DNA of 64,000 bases from Octopus bimaculoides. Its lineage: Eukaryota. The stretch's first letter is position 1; the number at the start of each line of letters is the position of its first letter. This document shows, in pieces, positions 19,999-32,600 of this stretch. The DNA lies in the NCBI RefSeq assembly GCF_001194135.2, contig NC_069000.1, positions 47,272,792-47,336,791 of the forward strand, read 5' to 3'. The position numbers and the translations under genes are program-made. Under the pieces are notes generated by a model. The model saw only the letters and a program-made list of their open reading frames with translations, had not been told where the DNA came from and searched no databases.

Positions 19999-21213
19999 CC
20001 AAAAATAAAAATAAAAAATCAGTCGAGGTGAAAGAACAAACAGGGTGAATTAATGTACGTCTGCTTGCACGTATGAAATAAATACTTTATTTATAAGTAA
20101 ATTGAATGTGTGTGTGTGTGTAAATAATGATGTGTCCATTATTATTCCATTTAACCCCGAGTCAACCTTGATCAAGCAAACCTAAGATCATTCCAGATAT
20201 GACCATCTTGTCTTTTTTATTGCATCAGGGGCTAATCTGTCTAATGGGCCTTTCTCTTTTTAGGATAACACGTGTTATTTTAGGGAGATATTGGGTGCTA
20301 TTTCTTGTAGACAGGGTGATCACGTAGAAGCTAGGTTGTTAGAAAAGTAAATATCAGTTGTCTTTCAGGAAGTAAATCTAGAATATAACAAAGGATAGTG
20401 TTAAAACGATAAACTTACGAGAGTCTGTGGATGACCCCGGCATGAGGTGTAGCCCCAGGGAGAAGTCTGGGCAAAGAACGGACTGAAGTGAACAATGCCA
20501 TGGTTGGATTTCAACTGACGCTCGATGAAGGTCGGCTGCCTATAAAACAAGGAATAGAACTTTCACTTCGGAATGAGCTCACGACGAAACGAAACGGAAC
20601 TAAGGAAAATGTCATTTAGTTTTGCTGTTACTTAATTTTCCTTTTCAGTGTGTGTGTGTGAGTGAGTGAAAGTCTTTGCGTACATTCGTGAATTCTTTAG
20701 AGATCGACACAAATGTACAAGATAAATAAGATATGATTTGGAGGCGTTCATGCCGTTCCCAGTTGTATTAGTGACTGAGAACGTGTTGCTGGTTTAGTAA
20801 ACCAACGAACCGCAACATTAGATGTTGGTAGAGTCGTCAGATAATCGGATCAAATATCGCTGATTACCGAGTTCAAATTTTGCTGAGATCAGTATTACCG
20901 TTCATCGTTTTAGGGTCGATAAATAAAGAACCAGTTTATTTATTGATTCTTCTCTTACATTTTCTTTCTTTCTCTTTGTCTGTCCAGACCTAAAACCTGG
21001 ATGAGCTCTATCACTGTATATGGTTTAATCAGAAGCTGAAGGAGTAAAAAAGGAAGCAACATTATGTGCCATGAGGAGGTGGAGACAATGAAAGTCGTGC
21101 TGGGGTGACTCAGTAACTGACCTTTCACCAAAAAAATAAAAAGTCGTATTGTACTTTCAGTTTGCAGTTTGAATCATTTCTTCTCGTGTCTTAATATTTT
21201 CCCAGTCACAAAA

Positions 21214-21432
21214 GAGGCGAGCTGGCAGAGTGGTTAGCACGCCAGACAAAATGCTTAGCGGCATTTCGTCTGTCTTTACATTCTGAGTTCAAACTCCAAT
21301 GAAGTCAATTTTGCCTTTTATTTTGTCAGTCAATAAAATAAGTACCAGTTGTGTACTGAGGTCAATGATATCGGCTTAAACCTCCCCCCACCCACAAGAT
21401 GCTGGCCTCGTGCCAAAATCTGAAACCAATAT
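21214..21432 (+). mobile_element. tRNA-derived SINE family B
   Basis: ggcgagctggcagagtggttagcacgcc...ctgagttcaaac...aataaaataagtaccagttg; copies at 12140-12368(-), 19025-19230(-), 20820-20940(+), 38438-38615(-) and 50465-50620(+). Confidence 0.85.
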
Positions 21433-23379
21433 TTTCCCAAGTAGGTCTCACTGATACACCTACTGACTTCCTTCTCCAAAACAAATCTCTCACCTGTATT
21501 TCCTATCTTAAATTCATGATTAAAATATCGGGTTGGCAGAATTGGAGAATCAGAAAAATGCTTTGCAGAATTTATTCTAGATTCTTCTGAAACATGGACG
21601 TTGTTATGAAAGACATTTCAAATTATTAGAATGATTCCATGAATAAAACCTTCGCTGTATTTTAAACATTAAATAGTGTTTTTATTCCAGACACAGATGT
21701 TTTTGTATCTGCAGGAATCGCTTCAATTAAAGAAGGATATTTCTTCTGTTGAAACCAACTCAACTTTTCCCTGTTCACATTTAATCCAGGCTGGATTAAG
21801 TCACATCTTAAGGTATAGTCTTCACTGTGAACCATTTGTCTTTCTACCTAAAACGGGTTTGCTGCAGCCCTTTAGCCAAGCAATTTTACAGCTGGGGATA
21901 ACATACCTTCACCAAACTGCATCCTTTTAATGCAGATTTTGTTGTTAGCACAACTGTGATGCACCATTACATTTTCGACCTTTGTTTTCTTGCACTCATT
22001 AAACCATTCCCTGTTCGCTAAAATTCCAATACATCTCTTCCAAGCATTTCCTCCTTCATGCACTCTGCCTTCCTCTCACAGCCCAGTTTCTCTGCATCAT
22101 TGCTATCCAGTAACCTCCACTCACTCTCCCTCCCCACTCTTTAATCACACTTCTTTGGCAATATCCTGCCACATCCCTCTCTTCTTTTGCTCAACCATCC
22201 CATTTATATTCTGATCCTTGTGAGTATGCCTGGCCCTTTGCCCCAATCTCTATCCTGCTGTCTCCCACTCTCTCCTCTCCATGCAATTCACGTCCCCTCG
22301 GGTCAGGTAATCATGGAACTCCTTCGTGGCAGCTCACCTGTTTCTGTCCTCACTCCTAATTTCTCTCTCTCCAGCCAGGTAACTTTTTACCTCCTTTAGA
22401 GCAAGACACCTGTTTCTGTCTCACTATAACCTTTCATCTGATACAAGATCGCCTCTTCCAATGCCCCCTCCCCTCAAAAGATTATCTTGGTGACCCTGTC
22501 AGTGCAAGTGTCACTTAAGTATCCGCTTCACACTAAAGTGATTGGTATTTGGAAGGGCATCCAACTGTAAAAACCTTGCCCAAGCCACATAAAAAGCACT
22601 AAGGAGGGGGGAGCTTGTTAGGTCCAGGAATGAATAACCCGTTTTTATGAAAATTCTCTATAAACATTCACAGGAATGTGGTAAATTATTATTGTACAGA
22701 ACCCTTGCTAACAATGCAATTCTTTAAACAGAATATACATGTTAAAATTATCACCAATGGCTTAGTTTCAGCAATATTTCATTTTGTGACAATGAAATCC
22801 ATGGCAGTGGGTGATGAAAGCGGAGCAGTGTAAGGAGGAGGAGAAGAAGAGAGTTATCACCCCCTGCTCTCAACAGTGATTCGTTTAGAGGAGCAAAAGG
22901 TAGATTGTTGAATGACATATGAAGGGAGACATTGCAAAAGAGTGAAACATGGGAAACTAAAAGGAGGAGGAGGTGTGAAGGCAAGACTGGAGTTGGGGGA
23001 AAGATTAGCAGGTTCTGCTGGATGTGCAATGTGTGTAAACAGAATAGAGCCAAGTAAGAAGAAACGGTCTTAGAGGAATCTAGAGTAAAGCAAAAGTAAG
23101 GTGAGTTTGCCAAATTGGACAAGTGAGAAAGATAGAAAAATGGAAGAAAGGCTGCTTTCAAAGTTAGGGAGGATAACAAAAGGAAAGGTTGTTATACTTC
23201 AGAAGACATGAATCAGCCATGTAAAACACGGCAGATGAAAATGAGATGCAAAATAACAATCCTTGTTGTTGTAGTCTTAATATTAGAATAAGTTTCAAAA
23301 GGAATCACAAGCCCCAGTAAATGACTGGTACAAACTTTAACCTATGAATTAAAAATATTTTAATAAAATGGTTGACAAG

Positions 23380-23700
23380 GGGATTCATATTTTAAGGAAA
23401 AAGGCTTTAGATTGTATGATGTTTGTGAGGTGTGATGGTGCAAGGGCAGAAGTTTAAGAGAAATGAATGTGGAAGGTAGGGGTGTGTGTGTAGAGGCAAG
23501 ACAGGAATGAAGCAGGACCCTGCAATTTTGATGTGAGTGGCTGATGAGGTACTGACATCCAGTTTGAACCTGCAAAAAATAAGGCTGCTGACATATGACC
23601 AAATAAGTATTAGGAGATAGAGAAAGTGTAGTTGAGGAAGAGAGAGAAGGAGTGGTAGTTGATCTGAGGTCTTTTAACTTCACAGAAGTGACTAATAACC
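23380..23700 (-). pseudogene. Highly decayed Penelope-like RT fragment (pyrimidine-rich coding strand)
   Basis: LNYTFSIS*YLF resembles the PLE LKFT.SIS...PFLD motif, followed by a possible SHP..IPFSQFLRL-like stretch. Weak match. Confidence 0.35.
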
Positions 23701-26618
23701 ATGTGTGGTAGTGGATTGTGTTGGCGAGACCCCACCACCACCATCCCTATCATGAAAAACAAGATGAAGGGTGAAAGCAGCAGTCTTTTAAGTCGAAATA
23801 TAGAAAACGTAATTAAAAACTAAGTTTGTTTCAGAAATCTGATTAGATGCCACCAGATTTGTGAAAATCCTTTAATAATTCTCTAGGATGGCGATATAAC
23901 TACATATGTTTATTAAAAAAATACTCAGTATGAATTAAATTAAATGAGTGTTCCAATAGCTGGCTAATACCAAGTTCCCAATAATTTCATTCATGGGTTT
24001 TAACTGGATCCAGGCTAGAACAGTTCTGCTTAAAAGAGAGCACCTTCTAGATCTTCATTTAGGGATGGCCACAGGTAGAGTTAATTTATGATGTTCTAAG
24101 CTCAATACCATTGAGTGACAATCTTTAGGTAAACGGACTACCATAAACCTCCGAGATCTGAAATTGAGAAACTGACCCAATTATCCGCAGAGTGACTATA
24201 CCTGGTTGGTAGATTCATTCCATGTTTAACTGGTTCAAGGTTACTTCTGAAGGAGTCCCAGTTGCTAAACAAACTCCAGTGAGAAAATACCACTCCCAGT
24301 GTCAGAGACCATCAACAAACGTTTTACATAAAGAGCACTGATTCATATTTGAGCAAGGCACCTTGTATAAAAGCAGGTAATTGGAGATAAATGAACTACT
24401 AGACATCTAATTTCTCCATAGGGATATTGGAAACCGTAAGTTGTTATACTGTCAGTAAAATTCTCAAAACTCATCTCCGTTATCCAAAGTGACCCGAAGA
24501 TAAAAGTTAAGCTGTTCATTACCATATTTCTAATGAAATCAGGCTTGTGACATCACCAAGGGCTGTCTTAGGTCAGCATCAAAAGAGTGCAGAGAGATTT
24601 ACAGATTACAATATTATTAAATTGTAAATCTACCAATTTCATTCTAGAAAAAAATAGGCCTCTTCAAATTTATTAGATTATCCTTGGGGAGCAGGAAATA
24701 GGCATTTTATGCTGATAGCATAAAATGCTCCCAATGATGCCATATAATAAAAGGATTGGCAAGAGGAAGACCAAGGAGCCAGATGAAAAGAAAAAGTGCT
24801 GCCCAGCTGGAGTAGTGATAGGACAACCAAGTGGGGGTGGGATCATTCTCTAGACAAACATTGGTAGTTCATTAGCTGACTGAATGGTAGTAATGCTGTG
24901 TGGCACCATGGGAGAAAAAACCAAAAATATCCAAAAGAATGCAAGGATGAAGTGAAAATAAACAGCAAACAAGAAATACCTTCATATTCTATCTGGTGTC
25001 TCAGCTTCAGATTTTGTAATCTCCATTATATAAAGTCAGATTATCCAGTATTTAGCAAATCATTCTCCATGTGAAGTGGATTTACTTGCCTACAAAATTC
25101 CTACAGAGTTAAGACACTTGTCGGTGATAGTGGCTGGCTCACTACTCCAGTATGGCAGTAAAATCTTTTACCAGGTGTTGGGTTAAAAACTAGCCTTTAG
25201 AACCAATACGGAAGTAAAGTTAATTATAAAATATGAAGTGGGTGGGGATTGGTGGCCCCTTGCATTCATAATCAGAAAACAAAACTTAAAAGGGTCAGTG
25301 TGCAGGTGAGAAAACCCAGCCAATATCTTACTTTAACAACCTGTAAAGAAAAAAGGTATCAATAATAATAAAGAACAAACAAATAAAGTATTCTGCAAAT
25401 GTCTTTTAATTAGAGGAGGAGGAGTTGTGTAGTATCTTAACATTGGAGTGTTTGGTAGGTAAAGTTGTTTTCCCCCCTCCCCAGTCCTGCCAAACTGACT
25501 AAACTGGTCAGTTCTGAGATGCCAACAGTTTTTGGTCATTAGCAACTACTTTGTCCCAGGAACCTTAAGAGAATGGCTTATTCCTCTTTCTAGTAAATTT
25601 CCATCCATACCTTTACGAAGTCAGTCATTTTGAGCCTTTAAATTATTCTCAACCCTCAACAGGTCCTCAAAAACTGCCACCAACTTGGTAGCTGGAGTTA
25701 AAGAAAAATCAATCCCTTCCCCAGATGGTTTGTACGTTGAAATATAAGAGTTGCACTTCAAAGGCAGTTAGATGTAGCATGGCCACTACCTCTGCTTATT
25801 CAACTTTCATAAAAAATGAAAGCAGGGAATACAGTCATTTCCGGAAGAAATTCAATTAAAATAACACTAAACTCTTTAATAATATTGATATAGCACATCC
25901 TTAGTTTTCCCTGCTTTACACAAATAAAGCACTGATTCTACTGCCAGGGTTTTTAGGAAGCAAACACAAAGAAACCCCAAAAAAAAGTCCATGAAATAAA
26001 AAAAAAAATAAAAAAAAAGCCCCAATAAAATAAAATAAAATAAGCTACATTTAACTACCCTCTGGACAATGTCCCAACAATATTATCAGAACCTTAAATA
26101 GTCTGATGATGAGAGGGTTTGAGGACAAGGGGGAGACAAGCAATGAGCCCTTTCTAAATACCATCCAACCATGAGATTTGGGCTTTTAAGTTTTCAATCC
26201 TGGTCGCTGTTTGCCTGCTAACAACACAAAGTGGCTGTTCTATTTACACAACTTTCTACTAGCAGGTATTTTCCTGTAATGTTTCTTTTAAATATTTTTT
26301 GCAGGTGTTTTCAGGAGGTAAAAAAATTTAGGGTCAGGGGTTATATATACATGTAGATTCTGTATATATAAATATATATTTTAAGTAAATCTGTTGTGAC
26401 TGGATTTATTGCACCTGTCAATGGCAAGCTGTCAGTAGTTCTGTCCCCATCTGTTAGCTCCTCTCTTCCTGGACAGAGCCAGACAAGGTAGTTAACTGGT
26501 TGCTTCCCTGCTTCCGTTCCAAACAAAAATGGCAGCAATGAGTTGGAAAGGTTTCAAAATCTGACTACTTCGATGTCCGATGCTTTTTTTTGTTGTTGTT
26601 TTTTCAGTATTGAGATGA

Positions 26619-26642
26619 TTAGGTGAAAACAGCAATGGGCCT
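26619..26642 (-). CDS. LSM14: LSM14 terminal coding exon RPIAVFT*
   Basis: Strong acceptor ttttttgttttacag in phase 0, TAA at 26619-26621, followed by U-rich UTR-like sequence. Confidence 0.65.
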   Translation of the reverse strand, partial: RPIAVFT

Positions 26643-29600
26643 CTGTAAAACAAAAAATATATACATTAATTTGACTCATCATTTTCTGGTCATTAAGTTT
26701 ACAAAAAAAAAAACTATGACACAAATAATCACAAAGCAGTGAATGATATCAAAATATTACCTCACCCCGGCAATTGTAGTAAGGCAAGCATTAAGTGTTG
26801 CCCAACTCCAAAGAATTTTATGCAATCAAGACATTTTCCTATATTTCTCAGCAACTGCAAAGCATTGGTTAAGCATTTAACCAACGAGTTGAATATTTTT
26901 GTACAAATGTTAACCACAAACCAAACGACCAAAATCCTAAGTCATTTTAGCAAATATTTCCATAATTTTATCCTATAAAAATCAATTTCAAGTGAGACCT
27001 GGTCAGCTCCAGGTTGACAATACTAAGAATTAAACTGAAAATGGTCCATGATATTCTGAACTGAATCACAAAAGTCTGCAGCATCAATTCAGCTAAAAGT
27101 CATCAACAGGAAAAAAGGGGGGAGAGGAATGAGAAAACCCCGTACCTTGTTCAGAGCTTTTTCACCATTTACGTTGTTTGCTTCATTGTGTTGGTTATCT
27201 GCCCAACTAGAATCACCCCAACCAGTATTTCCGGAATTTCGTCGGAAGTTTCCTCTGTAATTACCACGGTTCATTCCTCTACCTGATGGATAAAAAGGAG
27301 CTGAAACAAAAAAATATTTTTCATCTTAATGCTGGCAACAGACATTGAAATAGTTATTACAGTCTATGGGGGTTTTTAAAAAGAAACCAAAGAGAAACAC
27401 ACACAGCCAATCAATCAATCAGTCTGCACAGATACAGTGAATTATTAAGAGGCTTAAAAAGCCACTGGGCAAAAAAAGATATTTACCTCTCCCCCTTCGA
27501 CCTCGGAAACCACCTCGACCTCTCATGCCTCTGCCCCTACCACGATAACGTTCTGACACTCCAAAAGTTTCTGCATTCAGTTTCCGTTCTTCTCGCCAAC
27601 TTGTTCTATTTACACGACTGGGAGAGAGAGAAAAAAAAAAAAAAAAACCTTGTTTAATAATTAATATCAGCTTCAAATTACAAATTGTCTTCATAATTTG
27701 CACAAATTAGCATTTAATGTAGTTTTAAAACAAGTTTGAACCAATTCACAATCTGATAAGGTGAGAGAAATTAGTTGCAAACGTTTGTCGATATTCTAAT
27801 TATACTTTAATTGGCAGATTCTGAATATGTTCAAATTAAAAATTAAGAAAATTAAACAGGCAGGGACCAAGTTGATGCTGAAATAAAGTGCCAAATATAT
27901 AATTCTTTGTGTTGACTTTCAAAAGTGCTTACGGCCCATTTACAAATGAACATCTTGCCTGGAACAAATTTAACCCTTTAGCATTTAAGCCAGCCATAAC
28001 CAGCCCAAATATTTTACCTGTTCTATACTTAAATTGTCAAAATCTGGAATCCTACACCTATGCAACAATGTCCTAAAAACATGATTGCATGAAAATCTCA
28101 AAAGTTACAATGTCATGCATAATTGAAATCAATGTGAATAAGTATTTGATTTGACAGTAAATCCAAACGATAAAGGGTCGAAGGCCTACAAGACATTTAA
28201 AAATCATTAATCATTTCTTAATGAGTGAAGACTAAAAAAAAGAAAAAAAAAGGCTAGGTTCAATTTAATATTGAAAATTTGGAAGTCCATATTGGAAGGA
28301 AAATATCTGCAGGATTTTCAAAAGGCTTTAAAAATCTAATTTTATTCAGAAAATAAAAATTAGGAAGTTGCGTAACTTTCATAACTTGTTTCAACACTAA
28401 AAATATATTCCAATATCAAAATGTATCCAATCATTGGATTTGGACAAAATTCATGTCCAACTGACATACATTACCACCCTGGTAAACATTTTATCGTAAA
28501 AACATTTCAAAGTATATTTTATATAGTCCTAAGCTTTAGCTGTATTCCATAGTTAAGGAAAATTCTTGACTAAAATCTCTAAATTCAAAAATGTCGTTAC
28601 AAAGCTCAGTTTCTAATTTAAAGAGATGCTAAATAAAGCAAACCTCTTCAAATTTTGGTACAAGAGCTGACAAAGGTTAAACAGAATTATTCCTGCAATC
28701 ATAGAATATATTGGCAAACAGCAAAATAGAAGATCATTATGATGTAAACTAGAAAATCTCTTTACCCATGTTCACGCTCAGTTGCCTCACAGCTGATGTT
28801 ATCAAAGAAAGATTTAGTTTTATCATAATACACCGTTTCTTCATCCTTCTTCACATCTTTCTTTGGAACTTCTGGTTCCTCTTCAGTTTCTGGTTTTTCT
28901 CCATTCACAATAGGAGTGGGATTCTTTTCATCTGAAAAGATTTCAAAGTTAAGACATAAGCAAACTCAGTCAGGGCAGCAAGTGCACAATAACATTTGGG
29001 GTGAGAGGGATGAGGCAAGAAAATCAGGCAGATTCAGTAATTTAATTTCATAAAAGACAACATCCAAGAACAAGTCAATGTGCCTAAAAGTATCCTTTAA
29101 TGACCTTTCCAAGCTGGCATGGGTTGCACAGTTTGACAAGTCAGGACTGTGCCAAATTCCAGTATCAGCTTTGGCAGTTTCTATGGCTAGATGCCCTTCC
29201 TAAAACCAATAAGTTAAATGGAAGGTGAACATAAGTAGTTCTGAAGATTGGACAGAGTGGGTAAGGCAAGTTCATACTTAAATGACTATTAACCCCAACA
29301 ATAATAACCCACCGCATTACAAAAAAAAAAGGACCCAACAATAATTCTACTTACTCAGTGTTAACTTCTTTAGTTCCTTTTCTACTTCTTCAAATTCAGC
29401 ATTGGCACTCTCAAAATCGTAGTCATTCTCAAATTTGAGAGGTTCTGAAGGTTGTCTGGAGTTCCCTCTGCCTCTTGGCATACCTCGAGACATTCCTCGG
29501 GGTCGGCCTCTTGGAACCCCTATCAAAAAACATTATGTACATCAGAACATTTCAAAGACAAAGAACAAAGGGGGGGGGATTACAATATAATGGACAGCAT

Positions 29601-32600
29601 TACCTCTACCCCCTCGTCCACGAGTGAATGTTGTGGTCCGGTTTGCCTGCTGATCTTTCTGATTATTGTAGCGTTTATCTCGACGATCTGTGGGAGACAT
29701 CTGCTGCTGCTGCTGGTGATGCTGCATCTTATCATCCACATTGATCTGAGTTCCTTGATCAGTTGTCGGGGATTTGCGCCCAACGGGTGGGGTAGGACCA
29801 CGAGAAACTATAAAAAAAAAAAATTTCAAACTCAAGCACCATTCAAGCCAGGAACTTTTACAAAAGCCAAAAGTTGGATTAGATATTAAAATTCAAAAAT
29901 GTAATAAAAATAAAAATGGTTAATATTTGAACATTAGAATGCATGTTATATGTCATCTAAGATTTTAAAAAATAAATTTAGTCAACCATTTTAGTAGGTC
30001 GTGTTAAAGATTTAAGAAATTCATACTGAAAGGGGACAATGGTTAGAAGTTACAAAAAAAGACCAACTGAATCTGGTAGAACTGGCTTTTCCCATGGTCG
30101 TTCACCTGTGTGTCACCTGCACACTGATTAGAAGTTAGGCAAGATTAGTGATGTGAGATTCTAAATGCTTCAATTTACCAGATTTCCTAATTTGCTGGGG
30201 ATCTACTTGAATGCCTTGGTCCCGAGTCGTATGACGGGCATAACTGCGAATAAAGGAACCTGACAAAAGCCAACATTCAGGTTCAAATCCAATTGGGGGT
30301 TTCAAAAACAATATCAAGAAAAATTCAGTAAAATCAGAATGTTACAATTTTAGCAAGAGAGGAGAAAAGTTTTGAAAATAAATGGAATTTAAATATTTAG
30401 CTGATTAGAAAATTATACAATTAACTAATTATAAAAATCAGTGAAAGATGCAAATCTAAAGAGTAATGGGGAAAACTCTTCAAAGTGGATCAGCTCAATG
30501 GAAACTGGTCCAAGAAAGACTTTTGCAGGGTCTTAATTGCTCCACTAGGAAACCAGCATCAGTAATTTAAAAGCAATTTAGTTTGATAGGATACCCTCCA
30601 GTTAATTAGAACACACTGCAAAAAAAAAAAAAAATTAGTTGCTACACCTTAGTTTTTATGTTATAAGGCCTGCTTTTTGTAATACAGCAGTTGTTCATAT
30701 TCCTCCAGTAAGCTAAGCATATAATGAAAGACATTCACAAGAGGCGTTACCTGGAAGAGAAAATTGGCCAGAACCGTGATAGGAATGCTGGCCACCAGAA
30801 TGGAGATACTGACCGCCATAAAGCTGAGCTCCTCCAAAAGGTTGATAAGATTGACCGCTGTAAGTATGTTGTGGCTGCTGTTGCTGCTGCTGCTGCTGTT
30901 GTTGAGGATAAGACGAAGTTGTTGTCACTGGCTGGGATGACTGGGAAGAGAAATATTTCGAGATTACTGTATTATCAATTGAAATGGCAATATAGGAATT
31001 TAAAAGAAAGGTCATGGTAAAACTACCTACCTTCACAATAGCAGGGTCTTGCGGTAGTCCTTGCAAAGGCTGTGGCTTCGGAGGTTGACAGACATGGATG
31101 TCTTTAATGTCACTACCTCTGAATATTATATATTCAAAAACTTCATCTCTTGGGGCAACAGGACGGTCAGTAGGACGATCTTCAGTACCAAAAGATCTTA
31201 CTGTTTAATAAAATTTTTTTTAAAAAACCCAATGTTTAAAAATTAAAATCGTAGAAATGAAACTGGGAGAATATAAACATTTTTACATTTAAGCGCCATA
31301 AAATGTCAACATTTAAAAGCTTTTTGGACAGGTGCCAACTAAATACGTGTATATATTATATACACACACAGGTTCATTTAAAAACAAAGACCGGCGTTTA
31401 ATGTAATACTAAATTAGTATATCGAAATTATTTTTATGAACTAAAAGCGCAGGAAAAAGGCCTATTTAAAGGAGGCAACGAGAAGGGCATTTTCACAATG
31501 TAAATAAGTGAAACATTTTAAGCGACCTGGAACGTTCTTAATGTGGAAGATAGGTTCCTTTACCTTGCAAATAAAATACCTGCAAGTTGTTGTCGGCTAA
31601 ATTAACGACAAATAATCTTGGTTGTAGTCTAATTTAAAAAGCAATATAAAACAAGTAAAAATGGCGGGGGAATTAAATAAACAATTATTAGGAAATTTGA
31701 CGAAAATAACACTTTGCCAGCCTCTGAAATCTCGGCTGAGACACGAGTTTTTATGCATTGGTCAATGTATATACAACCAGCATACGTGGACAATCAAATA
31801 CTGCAAATGGACAGTGAGAGAGAAAGAGAGAGACAGCTGATATGTCATAAAAACAACTCTCGTATTTTTAATTATATTTTATTTCCATTTTTTTTCTTTT
31901 TTCGTTACAGAAATGGAAATTCTAGAAGTGACGTGCAAAGTACGAAACATGGTCTTGGTTTAGTGAAATAGCTCAATTAAGCTTAGTCATGGTCGTATTG
32001 AAAGCAAAAGAGGAACACTGCAATAATAATAAATAGTTGGATGACATGTCAACGTTTTATGAATAGAACATGTCAACAAGACGGGAAGAACGAGGACACT
32101 TTCACTATGTGAATAGCGGTTTTGTTGCTGGGAATAATAGACAAATATACTATTATTTAAATGACTCAAACCTCACTTTTTTTGCTGCTTTATAAAGTAT
32201 TGCCTTTTAAATAAAAATTAGACATTTATACTAGCTTCTCACTTCAGGTTAAAACTACAGAAGATATAAAAACAGATATTGCGAGGTCTTTTTTTTTTTT
32301 TTTCAGTTTTAAAAGTTCGGTAAGCTGAAGAAATTGAGGTAACTGTCTTTAATAAAAAAAAAAAAGTATTTTTAAAAAGGGTGGCAGTGAAAATACGACA
32401 TAGGCTGGTCTTTAAGAGTTTATTGACAAGAGACAAACGTTCCAAAACAAGGGGAATATCCACCATTCAAGTGGAGGTATTTTACTGAGGAAAAGTAAGA
32501 TAAACTGAAGCCGTTTTCTTCATTACGAAAACCACACAAGTAAAATGCGGTGAAAGCAGGGGTTTATTTTCAATACCAACCAGAGATGTCTAACGGGGAG

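Noticed and set aside
21214-21300. tRNA-like A/B boxes in SINE heads (also at 13540-13617 and 49512-49590)
   Set aside because: No cloverleaf; they are heads of multicopy SINEs, not tRNA genes.
21714-21811. Exon-like segment (tgcag acceptor, AAG|gtatag donor) on the + strand
   Set aside because: No recognisable protein and no partner exons; splice-like sites arise often by chance in AT-rich DNA.
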